A DNA stretch of 64,000 nucleotides from Nitrospirota bacterium (lineage in GTDB: Bacteria; Nitrospirota; Thermodesulfovibrionia; Thermodesulfovibrionales; JdFR-86): contig CAVRJY010000001.1 in NCBI GenBank assembly GCA_963721805.1, forward strand, positions 128,001-192,000, written 5' to 3'. The first letter of the stretch is position 1. The number at the start of each line of letters is the position of its first letter. A program made the translations under genes and the position numbers. This document shows positions 16,333 through 25,805 of this stretch, in pieces. The notes beneath the pieces were generated by a model that had not been told where the DNA came from, searched no databases, and saw only the letters and a list, made by a program, of their open reading frames with translations.

Positions 16333-16757
16333 ACGTGCTCTCCCGTGTCCGCCCGGTCTATCTCGTCAAGATTACCCTTCAGGGCTCCGGCCAGACGCTG
16401 TACCTCTCGGACCGGAACGTGACTGTGGGCGGGCAGGAGTACGAGGACTATATCTCCGCGGTCACGACCCCGGCCGAGGAGGCCAGGCGGCCAACCAGCG
16501 AATCTTTAAACGCGCCGCTTTCGATCGAGTTTCGAAACGAGCCCTGGCGCGGGTTCAGCCGGCTGATCGAGGCCGGGGCCGAGCACCCCTTTGAGGGCGG
16601 CCGCTGCACGCTCAGCGAGGCGTACATCGACGACGCGGGGATGTCGGGCGAACCCGTGGCGCTCTTTACCGGCACGCTCGACGCCCCCGCTGAGATCGAC
16701 TTGCGGGGTTTTAGTTGCGCGGTCTCCGCGCTCGATTATGCCGCTGACAACAGATAA
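16329..16757 (+). CDS. Baseplate hub N-terminal-like protein
   Basis: ATG 16329 coupled to previous stop; PVYLVKI...TLYLSDR...LFTG pattern. Confidence 0.55.
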   Translation: MNVLSRVRPVYLVKITLQGSGQTLYLSDRNVTVGGQEYEDYISAVTTPAEEARRPTSESLNAPLSIEFRNEPWRGFSRLIEAGAEHPFEGGRCTLSEAYIDDAGMSGEPVALFTGTLDAPAEIDLRGFSCAVSALDYAADNR

Positions 16758-16797
16758 GGGATAGGGGCCACAGGCCCCCAAGGAGGAGCAGGAAAAA

Positions 16798-17250
16798 ATG
16801 GGCATAGCATTTGACCACGTGCAGTACGTATCGGACGTCCGGCTGATGCTTGGCGAGTCGACCTCGACGATCACGCTGGCCGCCCCGTTTACGGACAAGG
16901 AGTTCTACCGCTCGGAGATCGACCCCGGATTCGGCGGGGAGATAAGCTTTATCGACGCGGACCTGTATTTCGACCACTACTCGAGCCTCACGCAGAACGT
17001 CACATGGCGCTGGCAGATCAGGGGCAAGGGCCAGGCCGCCTGGACCGACCTCAATACGCCAAAGACCGAGAGCTGGGCCAGCCAGGCCCAGTCGCGCCTC
17101 CGCGTGATCGTCGAGGCCTCCGCCCTTGACGTCAATACGGCCGTGCCGTTTGAGATCCGCATGCTCGCGACCGCGGCCACGGCGGCCACGGTCTATATCG
17201 TGATCGGGACGTATACGCCCTCCATCCGCGTGCTGGGTACGAGCGCATGA
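16798..17250 (+). CDS. Hypothetical beta-rich virion protein
   Basis: RBS AGGAGGAG/AGGA; host-like codon usage; ATGA-coupled to next gene. Confidence 0.65.
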   Translation: MGIAFDHVQYVSDVRLMLGESTSTITLAAPFTDKEFYRSEIDPGFGGEISFIDADLYFDHYSSLTQNVTWRWQIRGKGQAAWTDLNTPKTESWASQAQSRLRVIVEASALDVNTAVPFEIRMLATAATAATVYIVIGTYTPSIRVLGTSA

Positions 17251-19382
17251 TGCCCGCACCGCTTTCGCGCTCGCTGTATCCCGCGCTCGATCCGGCATCG
17301 GCCGGTGAATACCCGCCGGTCGGGTACGGGAGTGTCGACGGGGTCCCTGCGCCATGCATCGTATCGGGCGCGGCGATGCGGCTCGCCTCCGGGATCGGCG
17401 CGGCCGAGACCTCACTTGAGGTCGATGACGCCCCGGCGCTCCCCTCGCCGCCGTTTACGGTGCAACTGGCAGGGGAGCGGATGCTCGTGGCTTCGGTTAC
17501 GGGCAATACACTAGGCGGGCTCACCCGCGGGGCGGATGGCACGACGGCCTCGGCGCACCCGGCGGGGCGCAGGGTGTTTGAGCTGCGGCCGGAGTACGTA
17601 TATCTGATAAGCCCCGAGCCGATAGCCGCGATACGCGGCGTCGTGGTCGACGGCGTGGCGCAGCAGTCGGGCTTTAGCGCATACACGGGCCGCCCGGGCG
17701 ACGAGCACCCGGACTGGCCGGGCATGGCGGTGGTCGCGTTCGAGGCACAGCTCAGCGCGTCGGCCCAGCGCAATATCTCTGCCGCATCGACCTGCTCGGT
17801 GGACGCAACGATGCTTGAGGCCTCGCACCGCGAGCTCATGGCCTCTGGTGGCGCGGCCCCGGTTTTGATATCAGGGAAACGCGCTCGCCCGGCGTGGGTC
17901 GCATTTACAGGCTCGGGCCCGCTCACGTCTCAGGCGTACTGCGCGTCCGTCCATAATACCGGCGCGTCCGATGCGGTCGTGCGCGCGTTAGTCAAGGTCA
18001 GCGCGACTGACGAGGTACTCGCGACAGAGTGCGTGCTTGTCCAGGCATCCGCGGCGGTGGCGGTCGGGCTCTCGCACGACGGCGGGCCGTGGGAGACCTG
18101 CTTCATGCTGTTCGCTGGCGCTGGCGCATCCACACTGGAGATTAGCGGGATCAAGAAGACCGTTACGGCCGTAAACCCGGCCGAGGGCGACAAGAGCTCG
18201 TCGTATCTGCCTGCGCCTTCTATGCTGTCGTACCGCGGCCTCGGGATCGAACGCACCGCGACGCTCAAGCCCAAGGGCAAGCGGCTGGCATGGGCCGCGT
18301 ACAGCGCGGACTCATTCGGGCCGGTTCTCTGGCAGACCCACCGCGCCGCTGTAGCTAACACCGGCGCGACGGACTCCGTAGTGCGGCTGATCGCATCGGC
18401 CCCAACTGGCGAATGCGCGGCCATGGCCGACTTTACCGTGAGAGCCGGGGATGCCACCACGCTTGAACTCACGCACCCGGGCGGGGGCTGGGACACGATG
18501 AGCAGGGTTGCGGTGCAAAGCGGGATGCTTAGAGTAGATGCGCTCTCAAAGGAGGTCAGGTACGTCACCGGGACCGACGGCCCCTCGGCGGGGTATAGCT
18601 CCACAGCGCGCGCTGTCATAGGCGATGAGGTCACGGTCGACGCCGACTGGTGCTGCGACGAGACTGGCGCGGTGATCGAACGGCCCGACAAAATTATGCG
18701 CCACTTTTTGGTCGAGCGCATGGGGTTTGCGGATACGGACATCGACAGCGCCTCCTTCGCCGCGGCCGACGCGGCGTACGCGGGCTACGTAAGCGGGGGC
18801 TACCGCTTCGGGTTCGTGATAAACGATAAGGTCACGCCGTCCGGGTTCGTGCGCTCACTGGCCGCACAGTGCAGGTCTGTGCTCAGATATGCGCGCGGGC
18901 TCTGGCGGCTCGACGCGGTGCCATCCGCGGCCCCTGCGCCGGTGCGCACGATATCGGCGGGCGAGCTTGCCGGAGAGGGCGCGATGTTCCGGTTTAAGCG
19001 CGTGCCTCTTGAGGATATGGGCAACAGCCTTCGTGCATATTACGGCGCTGTCTACTCAAAGGGCGGCGGCTGGTCGTCCATAGCCTCGGTCAATGACGCG
19101 GGCTCGATAGAAAGGCTCGGTCTAATCACGAGAGAGTTCAGGTTCCCGGCGATACGCGATAAGTCCACCGCAGAGGACGTGCTCGGCCTCATGCTCCTTG
19201 AGCGTGCGGCCTCGCTCCTGATCGTCAATTTCACGGTATTCTACGAACACTTCGACCTGAATGTCGGCGATACGATCTCGATAGACAACGAGCTTTATAA
19301 CGGCGCGCTGTTCTTCATCGAACGCATCGAAAGGCCGGACTCATTCAGGGCGAAAATTACAGCTCGCCAGTGGTGGGGATGA
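17247..19382 (+). CDS. Large baseplate hub/tail tip protein
   Basis: 711 aa; PVGYGSV early motif, IERPDKIMRHFL...IDSASF, FDLNVGDTISI C-terminus typical of phage tail tip proteins. Confidence 0.7.
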   Translation: MMPAPLSRSLYPALDPASAGEYPPVGYGSVDGVPAPCIVSGAAMRLASGIGAAETSLEVDDAPALPSPPFTVQLAGERMLVASVTGNTLGGLTRGADGTTASAHPAGRRVFELRPEYVYLISPEPIAAIRGVVVDGVAQQSGFSAYTGRPGDEHPDWPGMAVVAFEAQLSASAQRNISAASTCSVDATMLEASHRELMASGGAAPVLISGKRARPAWVAFTGSGPLTSQAYCASVHNTGASDAVVRALVKVSATDEVLATECVLVQASAAVAVGLSHDGGPWETCFMLFAGAGASTLEISGIKKTVTAVNPAEGDKSSSYLPAPSMLSYRGLGIERTATLKPKGKRLAWAAYSADSFGPVLWQTHRAAVANTGATDSVVRLIASAPTGECAAMADFTVRAGDATTLELTHPGGGWDTMSRVAVQSGMLRVDALSKEVRYVTGTDGPSAGYSSTARAVIGDEVTVDADWCCDETGAVIERPDKIMRHFLVERMGFADTDIDSASFAAADAAYAGYVSGGYRFGFVINDKVTPSGFVRSLAAQCRSVLRYARGLWRLDAVPSAAPAPVRTISAGELAGEGAMFRFKRVPLEDMGNSLRAYYGAVYSKGGGWSSIASVNDAGSIERLGLITREFRFPAIRDKSTAEDVLGLMLLERAASLLIVNFTVFYEHFDLNVGDTISIDNELYNGALFFIERIERPDSFRAKITARQWWG

Positions 19383-19443
19383 GGGGCCGGGTGGCCCCAT
19401 TCCCCATTCGCGGGGCAAGCGGCCCCGCTCACTTTCAATTAAT

Positions 19444-19602
19444 GCCGTTGACCGTTCGCACGATTATGCATCAGAAATTTAAAGCGCGAGAAATCGTGTC
19501 AGACTAGGAACCGGGTGAAAAACGACCGGAGGCGTATATGGACATACGTCGAGGATCGTTTTTCGGACGGTGACAACGTATCACGCGAGTTTCGCGCGCT
19601 TT
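19444..19602 (-). repeat. Palindromic intergenic repeat, copy B
   Basis: Reverse complement reads AAAGCGCGCGAAACTCGCGTGATACGTTGTCACCGTCCGAAAAACGATCCTCGACGTATGTCCATATACG...CTAGTCTGA...GCGCTTT...GGTCAACGGC; closest to copy E. Confidence 0.88.
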
Positions 19603-19617
19603 GAAGAGGATTACAGG

Positions 19618-21123
19618 CTAAAGTGAGGAGATATCGTACTTCTCTTGGTGTAAGTTCTGGTCTGCGGTTACTATGATCTTGAGGTTATGCTTCGCCTCGA
19701 TCTCCTCCAAGCCCTGCCGTTCCTCGTCGCTGAGCAGTTCGGCCACGTCCGGGTGCGCGGTGATAACTATGCTCCGCGTCCCTGACTGCGCGGCCTTGCT
19801 GACTTTGCGGAATATCTCGTAGCAGAGCGTCGCGGCTGATTTCACGAACCCCTTGCCCTCGCAGTACGGGCATGTCTCGCAGAGTATCCGGCCCATGCTC
19901 TCTCTGACGCGCTTTCTGGTCATCTGCACCAGCCCGAGCTCCGAGATCTGCGATATAGTCTTTTTGGCCTTGTCCCTGGCCATCGCCTCGATGAAGGTAT
20001 TCAGGACGCGCGTGCGGTTCTCTGCGCGCTCCATGTCGATGAAGTCCACGATGATGATGCCGCCCAGGTTTCTAAGCCGGATCTGGCAGGCTATCTCCTT
20101 TACGGCCTCGATGTTCGTGCGCAGGATCGTGTCCTCGAGGTCTTCCTTGCCCACGAACTTGCCGGTGTTTACGTCTATGACGGTCATGGCCTCGGTCTGG
20201 TCGAGCACGATATACCCGCCGGACTTAAGCCATACGCGCCTGCCCAGCGCGCGGGCGAGGTCGACCTCTATGCCGAATGAGTCGAATATCTGGTCCGTGC
20301 CGTCGTATAGCTCTATGCGGTCGGCGAGTTTCGGGAAGTACGTCTCGGCGAAGTCGCGTAGGGCGCGGAACTCTTTTTCGTTGTCGATGATGAGCTGGTC
20401 GAGGCTCTGCCCGAGCATGTCGCGCACGGTGCGCAGCACTATGTCGAGGTCGCTGTAAAGCAGCGTCGGCGCGCCGACGCGGGCCTCTTTCTGGATGATG
20501 TTCTCCCACAGCCGGGTGAGGAACCCGAAGTCGCTCCGAAGCTCCTCCTCGGTCGCGCCCTCGCTCGCCGTGCGGATAATCAGCCCCGTATCCGCCGGCC
20601 TGATCTGCTCGACTATGGATTTGAGGCGGGCGCGCTCCTCCTCCGACTCTATCCGGCGCGATATGCCGACGTGATCGACGTTCGGCATCACGACGAGGTA
20701 TCGGCCGGGTATGGTCGCGTATGACGTGACGCGCGCGCCCTTGCCGCCTATCGGGTCCTTCGATACCTGCACGAGGAGCTCCTGCCCCTCCTGAATGAGT
20801 TCGTCGATGTGGAGCTCGTGGCGGCGGCGCTTCTGGAGCTGCTCGAGCCCCTCGGCCTGGTCGCGGTCGAGCAGGTCGGTGTAGTCTTCGAGTATGTCGG
20901 TGCGGATGTCGCCGACGAAGAGGAACGCGGACTTGTCGAGCCCAATGTCCACAAACGCGCTCTGCATGCCGGGGAGTATCTTCACCACGCGGCCCTTGTA
21001 GATGTTGCCTACGAGGCTCAGCTCCTTCTCGCGCTCGATGTAGCACTCCGCGACCTGCCCGTCTTCGAGCAGGGCCACGCGGGTCTCGCCGCGAGTAATG
21101 TTTATCAGTATGCTCCTGTTCAC
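19618..21123 (-). CDS. rng: Ribonuclease G (Rne/Rng family)
   Basis: GNIYKGRV S1 domain, IDVNTGKF, LRNLGGIIIVDFIDM, CPYCEG; 501 aa without long C-tail. Confidence 0.93.
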   Translation of the reverse strand: MNRSILINITRGETRVALLEDGQVAECYIEREKELSLVGNIYKGRVVKILPGMQSAFVDIGLDKSAFLFVGDIRTDILEDYTDLLDRDQAEGLEQLQKRRRHELHIDELIQEGQELLVQVSKDPIGGKGARVTSYATIPGRYLVVMPNVDHVGISRRIESEEERARLKSIVEQIRPADTGLIIRTASEGATEEELRSDFGFLTRLWENIIQKEARVGAPTLLYSDLDIVLRTVRDMLGQSLDQLIIDNEKEFRALRDFAETYFPKLADRIELYDGTDQIFDSFGIEVDLARALGRRVWLKSGGYIVLDQTEAMTVIDVNTGKFVGKEDLEDTILRTNIEAVKEIACQIRLRNLGGIIIVDFIDMERAENRTRVLNTFIEAMARDKAKKTISQISELGLVQMTRKRVRESMGRILCETCPYCEGKGFVKSAATLCYEIFRKVSKAAQSGTRSIVITAHPDVAELLSDEERQGLEEIEAKHNLKIIVTADQNLHQEKYDISSL

Positions 21124-21130
21124 CTTGTCC

Positions 21131-23585
21131 CTATTTTCTCCGGGTTTCCATCGCGCCTGCCCAGCGCTTCGAGCGGTCCATGCCCCAAAGCGCGGTGCGC
21201 GTTATATCCAGCTCGTCGGCCGACATCCCGCATACCGCGAGCGCTATCTCGTCGAGCCTGACCTTCTTCTCGCCGGTGTCTAACAGTGTAAGCCTTACGG
21301 AGTTCGGGGTCAACTGCTCGGCCGCCTCGACCATGGGCCGCAAGTCGACCGGACCCTTCTCGCGCTTCACTATCACGCTTTCCTTCGCCATGAACGCAGC
21401 GGCGTCTATCTCTTGAGGCGAGCTGAACTCGTATTCGTAGCGGTTTAGGAACCCCTGAAGCGACGGCTCCTGCATGGATATCGCGACTAGCTCCATGACG
21501 CGGACTCCCTCTCCGAGCTGGGCGTTCAGGCGGGCCATGACGTCCTCAAGCGGTATGACCGGGATGATCTCCATGTCGAAGTGCTCACTGGTCCCGGCGA
21601 CCCCAACGCCAAGCGGGGGGCCGAACGCGACCTTCGGAGACGGGCTGAAGCCCTGCGTATGCTCGAGCCTCACCCCGGCGCGGCGAAGCGCGCGGGTCAT
21701 GTGCGTCATCAGCTCGCGGTGCGAGAGGAAGCGGAGCACGCCGGTCTTCGTAAACCGCGCGCGCACCCGGATCGCCCTGCGCTGCGGCGCGTCGCCAGGC
21801 TGCTGGCGCGCAGGGTATGATGAGTCAGCGGACGGCGCGAGGTTCAGCGGCTCGCCCTCGGGGCGGCATTTAAGCCCGCAGCCGGTGCATTTAAGGTTGC
21901 AGTTCGGCGTCTTGGACGCTTCAATTGCATGCGCCTTCTCTTTTAGCAGGTACTGCTTGCTCACGCCCGGATCTATGCGCTCCCACGGAAGCGGCTCGTC
22001 GTCTGAGAATGTGCGTCCGGCGACCACTGCGGCGTCAACGCCTGTCGCCTCCATCGCGCGGAGCCAACGGTCGTAGCTGAAGCACTCGCTCCAGCCGTCG
22101 AGGCGCGATCCGGCGCGGTATGCGGCCTCGACGAGCCCGGACATCTGGGAGCCGCCGCGCGCAAACGCGCCTTCGAGCATGCTCGTGCGCTCGTCATGCG
22201 AGCGGACGTTGAACTTCCTTAGCTCGCGCTCAAGCCGGGTTCGGACCTCGGCGATGCGCTCCATCGGGGCCATCCCGAACCACTGAAACGGGGTGTGCGA
22301 CTTGGGCACGAACGGCGAGAACGATACGCTTATGTTGACGTACCTGCCGGTGTGGCGCTTCGCGCTCTGTAGCGCGGTCTTCACCATCGCGGGGATCGCA
22401 TCTATGTCCTCGTCGGTCTCCGTCGGGAGGCCGACCATGTAATATAGCTTGAGGTTGAGCCAGCCGTTTTTAAAGAGGCTTTCAAGCGCAGCCTCGTAGT
22501 CCTCGGCCTCGAAGTCCTTGTTGATCACCGCGCGCAGCCGCGCTGTAGCGGCCTCGGGCGCTATAGTGAAGCCGGTCTTCTTCACGGCCTTGATCTCGCG
22601 AAGGATCTCGTCTTTAACGGCCTTCACGCGCAGCGACGGCAGCGAGAGCGCGATCTTGCTCGAGCCGAACCTGCGGTTCATGCCCTTAAGCAGAGGCAGC
22701 AGGCCGCTGTAGTCCCCGGCGCTCAGGGAGGTGAAAGATATCTCCTCGTAGCCTGTGTTTTTGAGCGTCTCTTCGGCGAGCGCAAGCACCTTCTCGGGCG
22801 AGCGCTCGCGAAGCGGGCGGTAGATCATCCCGGCCTGACAGAACCGGCACCCCATCGTGCAGCCGCGCGAGACCTCGATGTTCACCCTGTCGTGGACGAT
22901 CTGCGTATACGGTACCGCAGGGCACGTGGGGTATGGTGCATCCTCTAGGCTCTCGACATAGCGGCGCAGGATGCGCGTATCCGAGGCGTCGTGAATGGAG
23001 GGCACGTATACGCCCGGGATCTGAGCGAGCGCGGCAAGCGCGGAGGCGCGGTTCGGGCGGTCGTTTGATTTCCATGCCTTGAGCGCCGCGATGATCTCCA
23101 GTATCGCGTCCTCGCCGTCGCCGATCAGGAAGGCGTCGATAAACGGGGCCATCGGCGCGGGGTTCACGGTGCACGGCCCTCCGGCCATCACTATCGGGTG
23201 CGCCCCTGTGCGCTCGGCGGAGCGAAGCGGTATCCCGCTTAGATCCAGCATGCTCAGGACCGAGGTGTACGAGAGCTCGTACTGCAAGCTGAAGCCGAGC
23301 ATGTCGAACTCGCCCAGAGGGGTCGAGCTCTCAAGCGAGCGAAGCGGATCGCCGGTCTCGCGCAGCGCGGCCTCGAGATCCACCCAGGGATGAAACGCGC
23401 GCTCGGCCGTTGCGCCCCCGGTTGAGTTGATTATGTGGTAGAGGACCTTCAGGCCGAGGTGCGACATCCCGATGTCGTAGACGTCCGGAAACGCGAGCGC
23501 GACCCGCAGTCCGCCATCGCGGTGGATCGAGCCGAATTCGTGGTTTATGTAACGGCCGGGTCTCTGGAAAGCGTCCGAGGCGCAT
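21131..23585 (-). CDS. TIGR03960-type radical SAM protein fused to DUF2344 domain; apparent 1-nt insertion near 23575
   Basis: RGCTMGCRFC cluster motif, AFPDVYDIGMSHLG, RFLSHRE DUF2344 motif; conserved FQRPGRYINHE lies upstream of ORF-finder start 23467 and nearest ATG (23585) is out of frame by one base. Confidence 0.85.
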
Positions 23586-23648
23586 CCGACTAAAATACGA
23601 TTATCGCACGGTTTATAGCAAGCAAGACAGTAGTGCGGGCGCTGACTC

Positions 23649-24019
23649 CTACTGGCTGACGAGCCAGTCCTTGGCGTCGTCCGCGTCGTCGAAGAGCTTG
23701 ATGTTGTCCCTGCCCGACGCCCTCAGCGCGACTCTGTAGGCGATCTTCATGAATCCCGTAACCCCGAGCACCGCCCCGGCCTTTACGTGGGACTCGTTAT
23801 GGTGCAGGAATTCCTTGAGCATCTCGGCCGCCTCGTGCATGAGGTGCAGGCCCCCGGTGAAGTCCGTAAGCATAAGCACGGAGCCCTTGGGCTCCGTGCT
23901 TGTCGCGGAGTTGGCTTTCTCTATGATCTCAGCGACCTCCTCGATGCCCTCGAGTGCGCTGAGAAGTCGAGATAGAGGATCTTGCTGCCTTCGTGTTCGA
24001 TGAAGCTCACTCGTTGCAT
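23649..24019 (-). pseudogene. STAS/SEC14-like small protein with frameshift near 23960
   Basis: ATG 24019 gives MQRVSFIEHEGSKILYLDFS then loses frame; continuation ALEGIEEVAEIIEKA...LMLTDFTG...FDDADDAKDWLV is in the frame of ORF 23649-23879. Confidence 0.7.
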
Positions 24020-24066
24020 GGGGTTAATTATAGATCATGAAAATCGGCCTCCGCAAACGACGGCCC

Positions 24067-25743
24067 TTACCGCTTGCCCATCAGCCGCGCGAGCCCCTCG
24101 GGGTCTACGGCCTCCGCGCGGCGCAGCATCTCCCCGGCGCGCGCCGGATCCCCCGCACGGCTGTACATGAGCCAAAGGTTAAACAGCGGTATTACGGCGT
24201 CGTCGTGGTATGGCGCGCCGGGGATTTCTATGCCCGGCGGAAAGAGCGATACCGCGGCCTCGAAGGCCTCGGCCGCCTTGTCCGTCTCGCCCTCCCGGAT
24301 ATATGCGATCCCGAGGCTGTTAAGCACGTGGACCCTGTTTGCCGGGTTCAGATTGACGTCGCTCTCGGGGCTCAGGCCGGGCGGGAAGAGCGAGACCGCG
24401 CGCCCAAGCGCCCCGGCGGCCCCGGCGTAGTCCCCTGCTGCAAGCCGCGCGCGGCCGAGCTCATCCAGCACTATCAGCTTTTGCGGGCTCTTGCTGGCGG
24501 CATCCTCCCAAAAGGCCACGGGATCGCTATACAGCGAGTTTCGCGCGTAGGTCGCTGCCATCAGCACCAGCACTGCCGCGGCAGCCACCACGGTTACGGC
24601 CTTGCGGTGCGTGCTATGCATAGCGATGGCCGATATCGAGAGCGCGACCCCGGCCAGCGGCAGGTAGAGCCTGTGCTCGAAGATGAGGTCGCCAAGCGGG
24701 ACTATGCTCGACTCCACCGAGAGCGTCAGGTAAAACCAGACGATCCCGAACGCGGCCCATCTTGCCGTCACGGACGGCCTCCTATAAAACCAGACGGCTA
24801 GAGAAAGCAGGCTCAGGTTGACGAGTACCGCGACCAGCACAGGCCACTGGAGAAGGGAGGTATAGAGCGGATAGTCGTAGCCGAAGTTCTGGCTGACGGG
24901 CAATGCTATGAGCCGCATATATGTGAGCAGCACGCGCTCGGACGTCAGGAAGTACGCGGCCCGCCCGATCTCTGAGGTCGCGCTCGCGGCCCCGGCCATC
25001 CCCCTGTTTATAAGCAGCGTGGCCGGGATGACCATCACGACCGCGATCCACGGCAGAAGCCGCGAGGGCCGTACGCTTCTGATCCCACCGAGGAAGCAGG
25101 CATCGATAAGCACCATCGCCGCCGGCAGCGTGAAGGCGGTCTCTTTCGAGCGCGCGGCCAGCAGCACGCATACGAGCGAGAGCGCGTACAGCCGGAGCGA
25201 GCGGCCTCGGCCGGGCTCGAGCCTCGAGCGGACGTACAGCGCGAGCGCCAGCAGGTAGAAAAGCGCGGCCATCGAGGCGAAGCGCTGCGATATGTACGTG
25301 ACCGCCTCGGTCTGGATCGGGTGGACTGCGAACAGGAGCGCGGAGAGCAGGGCCGCGCCCCGGTCTTTAATCAGCATGAGCCCGAGCCAGTACAGGGTGA
25401 GAGCCGCTGCGATATGCACGGCGAGGTTGAGGACATGATACCCGGCCGGGGCCACGCCCCCGAGGGCGTGGTTCAGGGTGAAGGTCGCGAATGCGACGAT
25501 ACGGTCCTGGAAGTGCATGGCAAGGTTCCCGGTGAGTTTAAGCCTTCCGGTGGCTGCGTCAATGAAGCCGCCCCAGCTATTGATCGCAGGATCGCCGGTG
25601 ATGTAGCCGGCGTCGTCCGCGATGAGGGGGGCGTGAAAGGTGTTTGAATATGCGAGCACGGCCGCGAGCGCTATCAGCGCGATGTGCCCGAGCCGCGCCG
25701 AGGCGGGCTTCCCTGTCGCGCTGAGTGGTTCGGCCGATTCCAT
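24067..25743 (-). CDS. TMTC-like GT-C glycosyltransferase with C-terminal TPRs
   Basis: First-loop DD, FAVHPIQTEAVTYI, SKE, FEHRLYLP motifs, multiple TM helices, TPR tail. Confidence 0.85.
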   Translation of the reverse strand: MESAEPLSATGKPASARLGHIALIALAAVLAYSNTFHAPLIADDAGYITGDPAINSWGGFIDAATGRLKLTGNLAMHFQDRIVAFATFTLNHALGGVAPAGYHVLNLAVHIAAALTLYWLGLMLIKDRGAALLSALLFAVHPIQTEAVTYISQRFASMAALFYLLALALYVRSRLEPGRGRSLRLYALSLVCVLLAARSKETAFTLPAAMVLIDACFLGGIRSVRPSRLLPWIAVVMVIPATLLINRGMAGAASATSEIGRAAYFLTSERVLLTYMRLIALPVSQNFGYDYPLYTSLLQWPVLVAVLVNLSLLSLAVWFYRRPSVTARWAAFGIVWFYLTLSVESSIVPLGDLIFEHRLYLPLAGVALSISAIAMHSTHRKAVTVVAAAAVLVLMAATYARNSLYSDPVAFWEDAASKSPQKLIVLDELGRARLAAGDYAGAAGALGRAVSLFPPGLSPESDVNLNPANRVHVLNSLGIAYIREGETDKAAEAFEAAVSLFPPGIEIPGAPYHDDAVIPLFNLWLMYSRAGDPARAGEMLRRAEAVDPEGLARLMGKR

Positions 25744-25805
25744 GTCTTGTGAATAATAGCGCTACGGCCGCCGTAATTACAATAAATACGCGGAGGTGCG
25801 GCCCT

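Larger units (their letters stand above)
3824..19382 (+). mobile_element. Mu-like siphoviral morphogenesis cluster without early/transposition genes (GTA-like or prophage remnant)
   Basis: About 19 co-oriented genes in Mu late-gene order: lysis-like, gp26, TerS-position, TerL, portal, protease/scaffold, decoration, gpT capsid, gp36, gp37, tube, chaperones, TMP, baseplate; flanked directly by host genes. Confidence 0.9.

Noticed and set aside
3824..19382. Intact inducible Mu-like prophage
   Set aside because: No transposase, MuB, repressor or late activator and no identifiable ends in the window; cannot replicate autonomously as seen
12941..19382. Tailocin or contractile injection system
   Set aside because: Full head and packaging genes are present and no sheath or baseplate wedge genes are seen
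541..19602. Repeat copies A and B as the ends of one large mobile element
   Set aside because: Interval includes housekeeping genes (HIT, hisI, aat), copies are of different subtypes, and the family is frequent enough for chance bracketing
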